Shown here one piece after another: positions 23,106 through 36,120 of a stretch of 64,000 bases of DNA; position 1 is the stretch's first letter; each line of letters begins with the position of its first letter. The position numbers and the translations under genes are program-made. The stretch comes from Lama glama (lineage: Eukaryota). Under the pieces are notes generated by a model, which made no database searches, was not told the DNA's origin, and worked only from the letters and a program-made list of their open reading frames with translations. Where the stretch lies: assembly GCA_028534125.1 (NCBI GenBank), contig CM052817.1, positions 30,692,001-30,756,000 of the forward strand, given 5' to 3'.

Positions 23106-24097
23106 TTTTTAATATTAAAGTACACTTAGTTACAATGTGTCAATTTCTGATATATAGCATAATGTTTCAGTCATACATATACATACATATATTTGTTTTT
23201 ATATTCTTTTTCATTGTAGATTATTGTAAGATATTGAATATAGTTCCTGTGCTATTCAAAAGAAACTTGTTTATCTATTTTTATATATAGTAGTTAATAT
23301 TTGCAAATCTTGAACTCCCAATTTGTCCCTTCCCATCCCCTTTCCCCCTAGTAACCATAAGATTGTTTATTATGTCTGTGAGTCTATTTCTGTTTCACAG
23401 ATGAGTTCATTAGTGTTTTCTTTTTTCTTTCTCAGCTTCCACATATGAATGATATCATATGGTAGTTTTCTTTCTTTTTCTGGCTTACTTCACTTAGAAT
23501 GATGATCCATCCATGCTGCTGCAAATGGCATCATCTTATTCTTTTTTATGGCCGAGTAGTATTCCATTTTATAAATATACCACAACTTCTTTATCCAGTC
23601 CTCTGTTGATGGGCATTTAGGTTATTTCCTATGTCATGGTTATTGTATATAATGCTGCTGTGAACATTAGGGTGCACTTATCTTTTTGAATTAGAGTTCC
23701 CTCTGTATATATGCCCAGGAGTGGGATTGCTGGATCATAGGGTAAGTCTATTTTTGGTTTTTTGAGGAATCTCCAAACTGTTTTTCATAGTGGCTGCACC
23801 AAACTGCATTCCATCAACACTGTAGGAGGGTTCCCTTTTCTCCACACCCTCTCCAGCATTGATCGTTTGTGGACGTTTGAATAATGGCCATTCTGACTGG
23901 TGTAAGAGGATACCTCATTGTAGTTTTGATTTTCATTTCTCTGATAATTAGTGATATTGAGCAATTTTTCATGTACTTATTGGCCATTTGTTTGTCTTCA
24001 TTGGAGAATTGCTTGTTTAGATCTTTTGCCCATTTTTGGATTGGATTGTTTGGGTTTTTTTTTTTTGTTAAGTTGTATAAGCCATTTGTATATTGGA
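23106..24097 (-). mobile_element. 5'-truncated L1, about 1 kb (ORF2 C-terminal region + 3'UTR)
   Basis: Classic L1 antisense text (GCTGCAAATGGCATCATC, CCCAGGAGTGGGATTGCTGGATCATA, GGCCATTCTGACTGGTGT). TSD GAAAATGAATTT at 23094-23105 and 24098-24109, with a TT/AAA cleavage context on -. Confidence 0.95.
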
Positions 24098-24334
24098 GAA
24101 AATGAATTTAAGTTTTCTTGGAGCTTTTCCGTTTGTTTGTTTTGTGATTATATATAAGTCTGTTTATTTCTCTGTGCTTCATTGTTTTCCTCTGAAAAAA
24201 TAGAGATGGCAATGCTTGCTTTATTTATTTTACGAAATTATTAAGTAGCAAATAACTTTGGATAACACATGAAGTTTTCCAAATGTAAGAATTTATAAAT
24301 TTAGAGTTAGTAGTATAAGTGATATTGACATATT

Positions 24335-24825
24335 TGGTTCCACTCAACTTTAGTCACCTGCTGTCACTTTCATGATTTTTGTAATAACTGAGGATCACTT
24401 AAGCTATTATTTACATAATATTTTATTTCAACTCTATTTTGTTACCAAAATTAATTTGTTTTTAAAATAAACTTTATGTCAATGTTGTAAATGGAAAACA
24501 AATATCACTTTGAGAAATAGAAGATAATTTAAAAAATAAATTCAATAAAAAATGTCATTAAGTTCTAGTTAGATGCTGCTGCTCGCAATGCCTCTGACCT
24601 ATTCTCCTTGTTAAAATCAGAGACTAGTAGATATTACAGAAGCATTAAAAATTACACCAGCTTTGCACCAAGGCTTTCCACTAGATGTAAACCAGAAGTA
24701 TTGCAAGGTATTTAAAAAGAGAGTAATTTTCTCACTATGTCATTCTCTATCTCCTGAATGACTCAAAATGACTTGAAATTATCTCACCTACCATCTGTAA
24801 GACATGCCCCTCATTTGCAGCAAGA
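24335..24825 (+). mobile_element. hAT-Charlie remnant (MER113-like)
   Basis: CAACTTTAGTCA...CACTTTCATGATTTTTG...CTATTATTTACATAATATTTT resembles the recalled MER113 5' part. Confidence 0.6.
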
Positions 24826-27079
24826 AGTATGATTGTTCAGGAGTCTGTGCTCTGCCCCAGACCTTGGCACATCACTAATTTCCATGAGCCTTAGTTTTTT
24901 CATTTCAAACAGGGGTGTTAAGATACAGTATTTCTAAGGTCTCTCTTCCCTAAAATATCATGCATGTATTTCATTTATATGTGCAGAATAGGTAGCACCT
25001 TACTTCGTAAATACCTGAGAATGTCTAGATTCTCATTTCTAGAAGAACAATCTTGTTCATCACAATGTTCTGTCTTTATAAATAAGGTCATTCTGAACTT
25101 CTATTGACATCACCAATTCCAGAGACAGCTAAGCTTATGCGGAGGTCAGGGAATTCACTTTAATACTGCCTGTAATGGAAGATTAGATGCAATAGAGTAT
25201 GTGAAATTATCAGATATTCATGAAGAATAGGCTGCCCTGATCTCTCCTGCTGAAGTGCTGCAGAAATGTCTTGATTGATAGTATGCTTTTACAAAGGAAA
25301 AGAAAAAAAGGACAGATTACCCTACTTCCAACAAGCCTTTTGAAAGCACACCTGAATAAACATAGCACTAGATAAATTTAGGAGACCATTAGTCTTGTAA
25401 TAGATGCGTTCGAATGATTTAATGATGACTGGAAACTCAGGCCTTGATAATGTCCTCCGCTCTGCAAAGCAGGTCATTTCAGTTGGTGGGCGGCACTGAC
25501 TGTGATTCCCACTGCGTGTTTTAGACTTTCCGTTCTTGATACTGTTGTTAGTTACACATATGAATGCACATGAATGAATGATATATGAGGACAAAGTGGG
25601 CAAAGTTTACTTGAGCGTCTTTTAATTTGTAGTAACTTGCAGCTTGTCTTAATGCCTCATTTTCTGAAATATATGCTCTTCTAAAGCCAATAACTATATG
25701 TTCCATCTAATTTGCCCACTGACGATCATAATAAAGTAACAAATGTGCATCAAAAGCTTCACATGTAAGGCCTGGGGTTAGAGGCTCGCCCAGGCAAACT
25801 GATCAGTGATTAAAAGGGGGCCCTCTGAGATCCTCTCTTGGTCAGGCATACAATGTCGGCCGAGGCAGCTCCCTCACATTGCCAGCTACACATCCCCGCC
25901 CCAAGACTCCATCTCCCTGCTCCGCACCAGAACTCACTAAGCCGGGGCTTACTTGTTCTTTGGAATTTTGATCCCACCCTGGGAAACTTGGACCTGTTAA
26001 AGATGCTGCCCTGACTTTTTTTTACAACTCACCACTCAGCAGTTGTTCTGGATTTCCCCTAAGTCTCCACTCATCTAGTCTGTTCTGAGCAAAATGTACC
26101 TCACTAGAGAGTCTGCACCATCAGCCACCTGCTCAAGGCCCCTGGCCAGCTCACTCTGTCTCCCCGCCCCTCCCTGGGTATGGGCTGGAACACTGTATTG
26201 CCTCATAGGAAAAAAAACAAAAACTCAACCATAAAGGAAAAGAAAAATAGAAAAGGAATACAGTTTGATTCCTTTAAATTAAAACTGATTATTTTTTAAT
26301 CAAAAGGAATTCTTAGAGTAAGTCATCAATATGAATGTAAAGTAGCTGTGGTTTCTTTCATGGAGGATAAATTAAATTAAAAGTCTCAAGGACAAACATC
26401 AATAACAGCTTAAATAAATAGAATGTGTTGGACTGAAATGTCACGCTGTTTCTATTTCAGCCTTCTGTGGGAATGCTTCTGCCAATATGTGGTTTTGGCT
26501 TTGTAAGGCAAACACAGGGAAGCTGGGCTTTTTTTGGCCCCCCTTCTAGATCTTCTATTGGTAATCAGTATAACTTAGCACTACTGAACTGGCTAAACCT
26601 GATTATTGTTCACCCTCACATGTGCCTTCAAACCACACTTGCTCAGCCCTGCGTTTCAATGTCAACACCCAGTAAAAGTAAATGCAAGATACCAAAGCAT
26701 CTCTGATGCAGGTTCTCTCTCTCTCTCTCTGTGGGTTTGGATGCGCTGAATAACCAGCGCTGACATCAGTAATCTCTCCCTAGAGTCAGTTTATACAATT
26801 CACAGAAGCATTTAGCATAGCACTTGGCACAAAATAGAATTTTGTAATGGTAGCTATGATTAGTCTGGGGCTTCTCACACTGCCTGATTCTGAGCTCCTC
26901 ATCCTTCAGGCTTAACTCTGTTTCCAGTTCTAAGGGATTTAGAGTGAGTCATAAATGGCATAGTTCAGGCACCCAGAGTGTTCCCTGGAAAAGCCAGGAA
27001 AAGTCCCCTTAAAGATGAGGCAGGGCCAGTCATCGTCCGTTTCTACCTTTAAACGGGCCTGTGCTCTTGGGTTCCACGT

Positions 27080-27330
27080 CGACAGAACCAGGTTTAACTG
27101 GAACTGCCACTTACTGGCTGTGGGACAGGGGGCAGGTTATAAACGTGTCTCTGTTTCTCTTCATTTGAGATGACGCAGTAACTTATCATGTGATTTTAGG
27201 TACCTTATTACATGATTTTGGGTAAGACACTTAATTCACTTTTCCTCCATTTCCTAATCTCTAAAATGAGAGTTGGCCTTGTCACTACTTGGCAATCTCT
27301 AAAATTCCATCTAGAGCTAATATTTTCATT
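27080..27330 (+). mobile_element. MIR SINE fragments (two adjacent cores)
   Basis: CTGCCACTTACTGGCTGTGGGACAGGGGGCAGGTTA, and TTTGGGTAAGACACTTAATTCAC...TTTCCTAATCTCTAAAATGAG. Confidence 0.7.
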
Positions 27331-27754
27331 CTCATAGATGATTAAAAAATACCTGTAATAAAAATTTGTCAGCCAACTACATAGTATTTCCCCCTCATGA
27401 TATTGGAGATTTAATGAAAAGAACCTATGGTAATAGATTATTCTATATTAGATTTTGTGACTTTTGTCTATATCTTAATCTTTAAGACACTTTTTTTGCT
27501 TCCAAAACAAGTGAAAATAAGATTCACCAGTAAATAAAATTCACTTTGTACTAATGCAACACTTAATGTTCTGTATTCATCAATTCACAGATTGCTTATG
27601 ACAGTAAAAGTACTTTCCACATTGACATTTGACAGAATTTGAAACAGTATATGAACTAGTATAATAACAAATTTAGAACAGCAGGTTCTCTGCAAAAAGA
27701 AAAATCACTTCTCAGGAGATGTTATTTTTCACGGTAAGACAAGATTATAATGAA

Positions 27755-28235
27755 TTATTTAATTATTGTTGCTACATAACAAATCAATCCAAAATCTAAT
27801 GTCTCAAAACAATATTTCTTTTCCCCAAGATTCTCTGGGTGGGTGATCTGGGCGACTCTTTTGCTGGGTAACTAAGAGTCGCTCATGTGGCTACAGTCAT
27901 CTGATGACTCAGTTGAAGGCTTTATTCAATGGAGATGGTTTTATTCCCATCTGTGACTCAGGCTGGCTCGATCTATCGCCTCCAGCTGGCCTCTCACCCC
28001 GACAGCATGGTAGTCCAAGGCTCCAAGAGGGCTAGAGCAGATGCCGCAAGGTGTCTTAAGGCCTGGGAGAGTTTGCAGTGTCCCTTCTGCCACATTCTAC
28101 TGATCAAAGCAAGCCACAATGCTATCCCAGATACAAAAAAGTGAAGAAATAGATCCCCGCTCTTGACGGGAAGAGTAGCAAGTCACACTGCCAAAGGACG
28201 TGACACAGGAGTGATGTGTCGTAACCGTCTGCCAT
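27755..28235 (-). mobile_element. MaLR solo LTR (MLT1-type)
   Basis: ATTGTTGCTACATAACAAATCAATCCAAAATCTAATGTCTCAAAACAA...CTTCTGCCACATTCTACTGATCAAAGCAAGCCACAA is the typical MLT1 antisense pattern. Confidence 0.85.
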
Positions 28236-28992
28236 GCCAATACACTGTTTCCATAAAGACAATTTAGAAAGAACTCGTTTATCCCCATGGTCTTAACATC
28301 CTTGATTTTAAATACTGTGTTAAATGAAGAAGAGTTCTTACAATTAGCTAAACTCAAAATAGAGAATAGCACAGAGACATTTTTAAGGATAACCTCTTTC
28401 CACTTTTCAAATGTTGAGAATTCTTAGCCAAACATTCAGTTGTTGAAAGATAAATCTGTGCTCTGTGGGAATTGGTTAGTGATTCCTTTGTATTTGAAAT
28501 GGAACTTCCTTACCAAAAATCTTTTCTGTTTCCTTCAAGGAAGTCATTGGTTACATAATTCTTAAGCTATCTTATCTAAAACAACCCATATTAAAAATTT
28601 TTTTAAACATTTATATTAAAAGATTTTAAAACATATGAAAAAGTCAAAAGCTAGAGAAAGGATTGTATTGTTGCAAATTATTAGTTTATAAAGGGAAATT
28701 ACAAGCACTCAGCTAATCAGAACTCAGAACTTCATCAACAAAGAAGTAAAATGTCATTGAAGTACAAATAATGGCAAAATGCTAAGTCAAGTTGAAAACT
28801 AAGGCAAAAATGTGTAGCATGGGTCTAGGGAGTGAATACAAACACTCCCGTACCTGTCAGGTTATACCACTCTTAGTTTATTGGCTCATTGCCCACATCT
28901 GTGTTGTAGGATGGTTTGTGGTCCACAGAGGTGTCTCACGTCATCTCTGAAATAGATTCTCATTTCTTCCAAGACGGTCCTCTTAGTGGTTT

Positions 28993-29511
28993 TGTCAGGA
29001 TGGAAAATATCTCCCCTTCTACCTCTCTTGAGTTCTTGTGGCTGGACTTAAAAAACAGAATTGATGCACAACAGATTAACAGGAGAAAAAGAGACACATT
29101 TTAGTGTCTCTTTAGCATGGGGGGTCTCACAGAAGTGGGACCAAGAGGTGGGCAAAGCAGGTAGCTTTTCTATTTTTCAGACAGAAAAACAATAAATTTG
29201 TGAGGATTTGAAGGGACAAAGGTTTGGGTGCTTACTTCGTGAAGAATCTAAACGGAGTTTGGGCTTCAGGTCATACATTGAAGAAGCAGCAAGATTTGTT
29301 TATGCAGACTTCTTGGCCCGGAATCCTCCATCTCTTCTACCTCCGCGGGCGGGGAGCGCACCTTTCACATGAGAGATGTATTTCCTGCTTTTAGGGAGGA
29401 GAGGGGGAGGTTCAGAGCGTTCCTCTTGCATTGAGTCTTTTTTAAGTAACTAATTCAAAGTAGTCAGTAGCCATTGAGGAACACTGTGGGGCCGCCTGCT
29501 CTGGGCCCTCA
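28993..29511 (-). mobile_element. ERV1 solo LTR, MER34-like
   Basis: The minus strand starts TGAGGGCCCAGAGCAGGCGGCCCCACAGTG...TACTTTGAATTAG...CCTAAAAGCAGGAAATACATCTCTCATGTGAAAGGT and ends ...CCTGACA, resembling MER34-group LTRs. Confidence 0.75.
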
Positions 29512-29810
29512 GTCCTCAGTGTCTGGGGGCTGCTGGAGTCTGGTGCCTCAGTCCTGCTCCTGACGCCTCCATGGAAGTGGTCACCCTGACTCTCTGAATC
29601 CTGCCTCATTCAAAGCGCCAAAATGCTCCTGGGTTTTCCTTTGTCCTTAGGGTGCTGAGACCATGCCCCATCCCACTAGGAAGTGAGGGTGATGCTACTC
29701 CCCCCATTTTATGCCATAGTTTTTCCACCTGGGCCCCCAGGCTCTATCACTTATACTCATTTTGTCTCCAAAGGGTTTATATTTAATGCATGAGGATGGC
29801 ACAGGGTGAT

Positions 29811-30318
29811 TGTATCAGTCATAGTTCAGGGAAGCAGAGGCAATCGGATATACCTAGATATCAGTTAGAGGAGATTGATTATAGGAATTGCCTTGCACAG
29901 CTATGGAGGCCAAGAAGTCCCACAGTCTGTCACTTGCAAATTGGAGAACCAGGAAAGCTGGTGGTGTAATTCAGCCCTGGTCTGAAGGCATGAGGACCAG
30001 GATGGTGGCTTGCGTTTAAGTCCCACAAGCCAAAGGCCCAAGAACCAGGAGCTCAGATGTCCTGGGATAGGAGACGGACATGTCAGCTCAAGAGGAGAGA
30101 GAGTTCACACTTGCATGGCCTTCTTGCTCTCTTGGGAGGCTCAATGGATTGGGTGATGCCCAACCACGTTTCTGAGGGCAAATCTCTTTACCCAGTCTAT
30201 TTAATCAAATGCTCTTCCAGAAACAGCTTCACAGTTATACCTAGACAGAATGTTTTACCAGCTCTCTGGGCATCCATTATTAGCTCAGTCAGCTTGACAC
30301 ACGAAATTAACCCTCACA
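29811..30318 (-). mobile_element. ERVL solo LTR, MLT2 (MLT2B-like)
   Basis: TGTATCAGTC...ATGGAGGCCAAGAAGTCCCACAGTCTG...GGAGAACCAGGAAAGCTGGTGGTGTAATTCAG...CAGCTTGACACACGAAATTAACCCTCACA. Confidence 0.9.
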
Positions 30319-30724
30319 GTCATAAAGCCAGACTATTGTTTCCATTGGCCATTTTCCCCTCTATTCGAGCGAGCACAGAAGGACTCCCCCTCCCCGTAGG
30401 CAAGTTCTTCTACTGGAAATAAGCAGGTACAATTCTCCACAAGCAAAGTGACCTTGGAGAAAGATGATAATCTGTTGACCTCACCAACTTATGAGACACA
30501 CCAGGATGTATCTGAAGTTCAGTTTAGGTTCAGCTAGAACTTCAGACATATGACATAATAATAAAAAAAAAAAGTTAGTATTAATACCTGGTTTTTAGGG
30601 TCCCCAAGACAAGAAGATCAAATCCTAGAATATGCAGTTTAAAGTCATGTGAATATTAATCCTACATTATCTTATAATAGTATGAGACCTTCCTATGAAT
30701 ACATTTTTTGAGACTACCTTGGGA

Positions 30725-30915
30725 TAACAGCATAATGTAATGAAAAGAGCTTGCAGTAAAACAGATCTTAGTAAACAAGCATTCTCTCAAACTAGCATCA
30801 TATTTTAAGGCTTGTTTTCCTCATTTGAAAAATGAGGATAATAAAACTTAATGTAGGATTATTTGAGGAATCGAAGAAGGAAATGTGTGTAAAGTATATA
30901 GCATACTGTCTAATA
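30725..30915 (+). mobile_element. MIR SINE
   Basis: CAGCATAATGTAATGAAAAGAGC...TTTTCCTCATTTGAAAAATGAGGATAATAAAAC...ATGTGTGTAAAGTATATAGCATA. Confidence 0.8.
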
Positions 30916-31229
30916 GGAGATAGCAGACTTTGGATACAAAGAAGCTAGCATAGTTTTTGCAATTCAGGAACCTGCTTAGGGCCTGAGACAAACAGTTCCC
31001 TTCTTGAGTCTACATACATTTAAATGGTAATTTCTATCATGTCATGGTATTATATGGAAATGTTAACTTGGGTACCATTTTAATTCTCATTTACTATGAT
31101 TATTAGAGGGAGTGATGGAGGACAAGAAATGTGAAATTGCATAAGAATACTACTCCATGAATGCATTTTAAAAATAGAAAGTACCACTTTTTCTACTTTT
31201 GGAAAAATGTGAAGTATTAGAATGCCTTC

Positions 31230-31625
31230 TGCAGACATTTATTGAAAACTAAGGGAGCACCATCCCTGCCCTCGAGGAAGGGGACAAACAGTAAACAAAG
31301 ACAATGCTGCACACAAGAGGCTGAAACGGAAATAGCTGGGTAAAAGGAGATAACTTGAAAGGGGAGACGGGCGGGCCTCCCTGAGGAAGGGATGCTAAGC
31401 TGAGACCTGGGGAACCAGAAGGATCTAGCAATGTAAAGCCTGAGAGGACTAGGCTGGGGGAAGAGCCAATGACAAATCCTAGTGGAAGAGCCTAGAGTGT
31501 TTGCACGGCCAGGCTTAGGAAGAGGAATAAAAATGGTCAGAGTGAGGCTGGAGAAGCAGGAAGCAGTTAGAGAAGAAACACGTGGGCTTGAGCCTTGAAC
31601 CTCGAAGAAGAGTTTCTTTCTTTCC
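31230..31625 (-). mobile_element. L2 3' fragment
   Basis: ACATTTATTGA...CATCCCTGCCCTCGAGGA...GGCCTCCCTGAGGAAGGGATGCTAAGCTGAGACCTG is L2 antisense. Confidence 0.8.
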
Positions 31626-32280
31626 TTCACAGCTGTGCCACTGAGACAGCCGGCTGGTGTTACAAGGACCCACAAACATGGAATTCCGCTTGTATTCACT
31701 GTTATAACAAATGCTGTGTTAACGGCTGAACTACCAACTGCTATTGCCCATGCAAAGACTAAGCTGCTGACCATCTTTCCATCAGCCTGAATGACTTTGC
31801 AAAAGATCAATTAACTGCAATCTCTCTAGCTGTAGCCGATGTTTGCCTTTGTCTTTGTAAAACATAAGATATTTGTATTTTGAGAAAAGAAGGCAATATG
31901 GTTATCCCTGCAAACCCTACGAAGCTTTCACTGCTCAGCCTTGCAGTCCTTTCCTGCAGAAGTCAGACTCAACTGACTTCTTTGCCTTCTCTGAAAGCCA
32001 GAGACTCCATCCTCTTTTCTTTTCCTCTTCTACTTACCAATTCCCACTTTTTTTTTTTTTTTGGTTGAGGAGAAAGGTAGTGGGCAATCTTTATCCTCAA
32101 ACCTAAATGATGGGCATGATCTGATTATGCCAGCTTTTTTTTTTTCAATAAAATCTTTATTATTTTAAAAACTAAATATTTTTGTTTACAATAAAATGAG
32201 ATTGTCCAGACTGCTTGCCTGATTTTAAAACCTTTATTTAATTTACTCTACACATGTTTCCTTGGAGGTGTAATATTGCA

Positions 32281-33576
32281 TTTCTTTTTTTATAATTTAA
32301 TTTTTTAAATTGAAGTATAGTTGATTTACAATATTGTGTTAGTTTCAGGTGTATGGCAAAGTGATTTGGGTATATATATATTTTTTTCTTTTTTTCTAAT
32401 CTTTTCATTGTAGGTTATTACAATATATTGAATATAGTTCCCTGTGCTGTACAGTAAATCCTTATTGCTTCTCTATTTTGTGTAAGATAATTTTTATCTC
32501 TTAATCATATACTTTTAATTTATCCTGCCCTCTTCCCCTTTGCTAGACATAAGTCTGTTTTCTATGTCTGTGAGTCTGTGTCTGTTTTGTAAGTAAGTTC
32601 ATTTGTACTATTTTTTTAGATTTCACATATAAATGATATCATGTAATATTTGTCTTTCCCTATCTGACTTACCTCATTAAGTATGATAGCTTCCAGGTCC
32701 ATACATGTTGCTGCAAATGGTATTATTTCATTATTTTTTATGGCTGAGTAGTATTCCATTGTATATACATATACCACATCTTCTTTACCCAGTCATCTGT
32801 TGATGGACACTTACGTTACTTCCATGTCTTGGCTATTGTAAATAGTTCTGCTGTGAACATTGGGGTGCATGTATCTTTTCAAATTAGAGGTTTTGTTTTT
32901 TCTAGATATATATACCCATGAGTGAGATTGCTGGATCATATGGTAGCTCTATTTTTAGTTTTTTTGAGGAACCTCCATATTGTTTTCTGTAGTGGCTGTA
33001 CCAATTTACTTTCCAACCAACAGTATAGGAGGGTTTTTTTTCCCTTCACACCCTTTCCAGCATTTATTATTTGTAGGCTTTTTTATGATGGCCATTCTGA
33101 CTTGTGTGAGGTGATACCTCACTGTAGTTTTGATTTGCATTTCTTTAATAATTAGCAATGCTGAGCATCTTTTCATGTGTCAGTTGGCTATCTGTATGTC
33201 TTCTTTGGAGAAATGTCTGTTTAGGTCTTAGGCTCATTTTCTAATTGGGTTGCTTGGGTTTTGTTTGTTTGTTTGTTTGTTTTTTGATATTGAGTTGTTT
33301 GAGCTGTTCTTTATTTTGGAAATTAATCCTTTGCTGGTCACATCGTTTGCAAATATTTTCTCCCAGTCCATAGTTTGTCTTTTCATTTTCTTTATGGCTT
33401 CCTTTGCTGTGCAAAAACTTACAAGTTTGATTAGGCCCCATTTGTTTATTTTTGCTTTTATTTCTTTTGCCTTGGCAGACTGACTTAAGAAAACATTGCT
33501 AGAATTTGTCAGAGAATGTTTTGCCCATGTTCTCTTCTAGGAGTTTTTATAGTGTCATGTTTTATATTTAAGTCTT
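32281..33576 (-). mobile_element. 5'-truncated L1, about 1.3 kb
   Basis: TTGAAGTATAGTTGATTTACAATATTGTG...GGCTTCCTTTGCTGTGCAAAAACTT...TTCTCTTCTAGGAGTTTT. Diverged TSD TAATATT(G/A)CA at 32271-32280 and 33577-33586. Confidence 0.95.
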
Positions 33577-33859
33577 TAATATTACAGCTTTTCTTTTTGA
33601 AACATAACGAAATTTTCATGTGATTCACTGATAATCACAATGATTGACAAACATTGGAGTGGGGGAAGAGGTGAAGGAAAGATCTCTAAAAACTTAGATG
33701 TTTTTCGCTTTGGGGATCTCTGGTCTCCAGCTGTTTTTGTACTTCTGAGGTTCTGAGATGATTCAGTGAAATGTGTTCTTAGATACTATTCCTGAAAGTG
33801 GAGCTCATCATTCTCCCTTCCTGCCTCAGTAAGTCCCCATAGTCTGTCTTTTTCAATAG

Positions 33860-34080
33860 TATGTGAGCCTATGGGGGAAAGCCTTGCCTTTGGGAACCAG
33901 AGAGCCGTGTTCTAATCCAACTTCACCTCAAAGTGCCAGTCTGAAGTGGACTATGTGTAACCATTTGAGACTATTGTCTCATAAGAAAAGTAGGAATGGT
34001 AATCATTACTTCACAGAGTTTGGGTGGAGACTATATGAAAAAATATACATATTAGAAAAGCTATATAGCATCAAGAGACT
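33860..34080 (+). mobile_element. MIR SINE
   Basis: GCCTTTGGGAACCAGAGAGCCGTGTTCTAATCC...GTCTCATAAGAAAAGTAGGAATGGTAATCATTACTTCACAGAGTT. Confidence 0.65.
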
Positions 34081-35498
34081 TTAAATAGAAGGACTGAAGT
34101 ATACAATGTTTTTTAAAAAAGGAGAAAATAATAAATTGTTGAAGGATTACAATATTATATTTAATCACATAATCAGATATATATATGATCAATTTTGTGG
34201 GATGGTTAGAAAAGAATTATTCATATATGTATACTGTGGTTCCCTTTTATACTGTTAAAATCTCAGAGGATAACAGAAACTATATAAAAGTAGATAGTAC
34301 AAAAAATAAAGCTGTATTAGTAATTATAGTTAAAAAATAAATTCTAAGCTCTTTTCAACCATAATAAGAACAATTAAAAATATCCCAGTCGTTGTCACAT
34401 TATTTGCAAGTAGTAGATTTAGGGCAGAAACCACACTTCTTCCTTTGATAATTCTAGAGAATAATTTCTGCCTAATGTCATTTTAGTTCTATCACGTTTG
34501 TGACTGTTCTTCCTTCAGTACATTTTTTTCATCAGGTTTGCTAATGCTATCAGACTTTTTAGTTGAATATAAAATAGTTACTGCTATGATTGGGAAGCCA
34601 TACATGACCCACCTGGGGGATAGGAAATTGAAAATAAGTTGTTTACTTTTATATCCTGTTAGCAAAGGAGTTTGAATGACATGCTATTAATTTCATGAAA
34701 TAGAAAATGTCTAATACAATCAATTGTAACCAGCCTTTCCCATAATAGAATTAGCTCATCCCATCTATTTTAGATTACAAGGGTGCATAAAATTTGTCAT
34801 GCAAAGCCATTTTCCAGTGTTTCCTTTAAGCCATCTGAAACGTTCAAATCCGGGAATTGTGCAGAACTGGAATCTGATGGTAGGAAAAAAGGTAAAGTGA
34901 AGAAGCTGAGTGAAAATCAGACTGATGGATATTTTTCTTGCAACTGACCTGGACAGACACAACATTGGGCAAATTCTTGGGGTATCAGCCATAGCATATT
35001 GGAATATTTGAGAATTGGTGTGGTCTCACCCTGATTATCTTTTCTCTCCCTCAATAATTAAGGACAAGGACCCTGGCTTAAGCTGACTCTTCCTATTGAT
35101 CTCAAGGCTTCAGGGAAATAAAAAGAAGTTCTATTTCACTAACTACTAAAGATTAGAGAACCTCATACAATAAATGTGTAGCTATAGGCAAACTTTGCCC
35201 AGAGACTCAGAAAGATGAGAGTGGATGGGCGAGACAGTGTGGACCAGCGTAGCACAGAGAGGAGGCGTCGAGCCTGAATATGACATGCAGCTTGAGGCAT
35301 ACGTGTGTGCCTGGCCAGGGATGGCTTTTCTCTATCCAGCTCTTTCTACTCTTCCATCACAGGTCACCGCAAGTATCACCTCTCCTATGAGACATTTCCA
35401 AACCATATCTCCTATCTCCTCAAAGAGTCCAGGCTTCTTCTACTCTGGTCCCATTGTGTACAGCTCAGTAATAACACTAATCACATTGTAATATGATC

Positions 35499-35720
35499 GG
35501 GTCATTTATCCACAGGGCAATTTTGTCCCCTGGGGAATGCTGGGCAGTCTCTGGAAATATTGTTTGTTCTGACATCTAAGAAGAAGGCTACTTGCTACTG
35601 GCATCTAGTGAGTGGGGGCCAGGGATACTGCTAAACATCCTGTGATGCGCAGTACTGCCCCTCTCAACAAAGAACCGTCCTGCTCGAACAGTCAGTAGTG
35701 CTCAGGCTGAGAAACCCGGA
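35499..35720 (+). mobile_element. MER20 (hAT-Charlie MITE)
   Basis: GGGCAATTTTGTCCCCTGGGGAA...TGCTACTGGCATCTAGTGAGTGGGGGCCAGGGATACTGCTAAACATCCTG...CAACAAAGAA...AGTGCTCAGGCTGAGAAACCC matches the MER20 consensus. Confidence 0.93.
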
Positions 35721-36120
35721 AATAGCTCATTTTCAAACTCTCACTACTTATCAGAACCTGGGTTGGGTTCTGCAGGGAGAGATAGATAGCAAGATAACAG
35801 TGTCAAGCTATATGTTTATATGACTGCTCCCCTCCCCGTATCAAAGCGATGATGTTCTTCAAGCAGAAACCATTCTCACGACTCTCCCGACAACCAGCCT
35901 CCTGGCCAATGAGTGGGACGACCATCCATTCATTCTGTTCCTCAAGGCCAGGAGACACCATGGTCTCCTCTCACCACCCAATTTTCAGTTCATTACCAAG
36001 TCCTGCAGGTTTTTCCTGCCCTCCCCACATCCCACCTGCTGGGCAGAAATTAAATTTTTCCTCTGACTTGTAGCTGCATTTAGGATAAAGGCTACATTCT
36101 TCCAAGGTGTTTCATGTTCG

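Noticed and set aside
31217..31810. Longest ORF in the track (197 aa, minus strand)
   Set aside because: About two thirds overlaps an L2 fragment, it starts at a non-ATG codon, and it has no recognisable domain.
32922..33483. Hydrophobic ORFs (also 23884-24157 and 50712-50963)
   Set aside because: Antisense or fragmentary translations of L1 ORF2.
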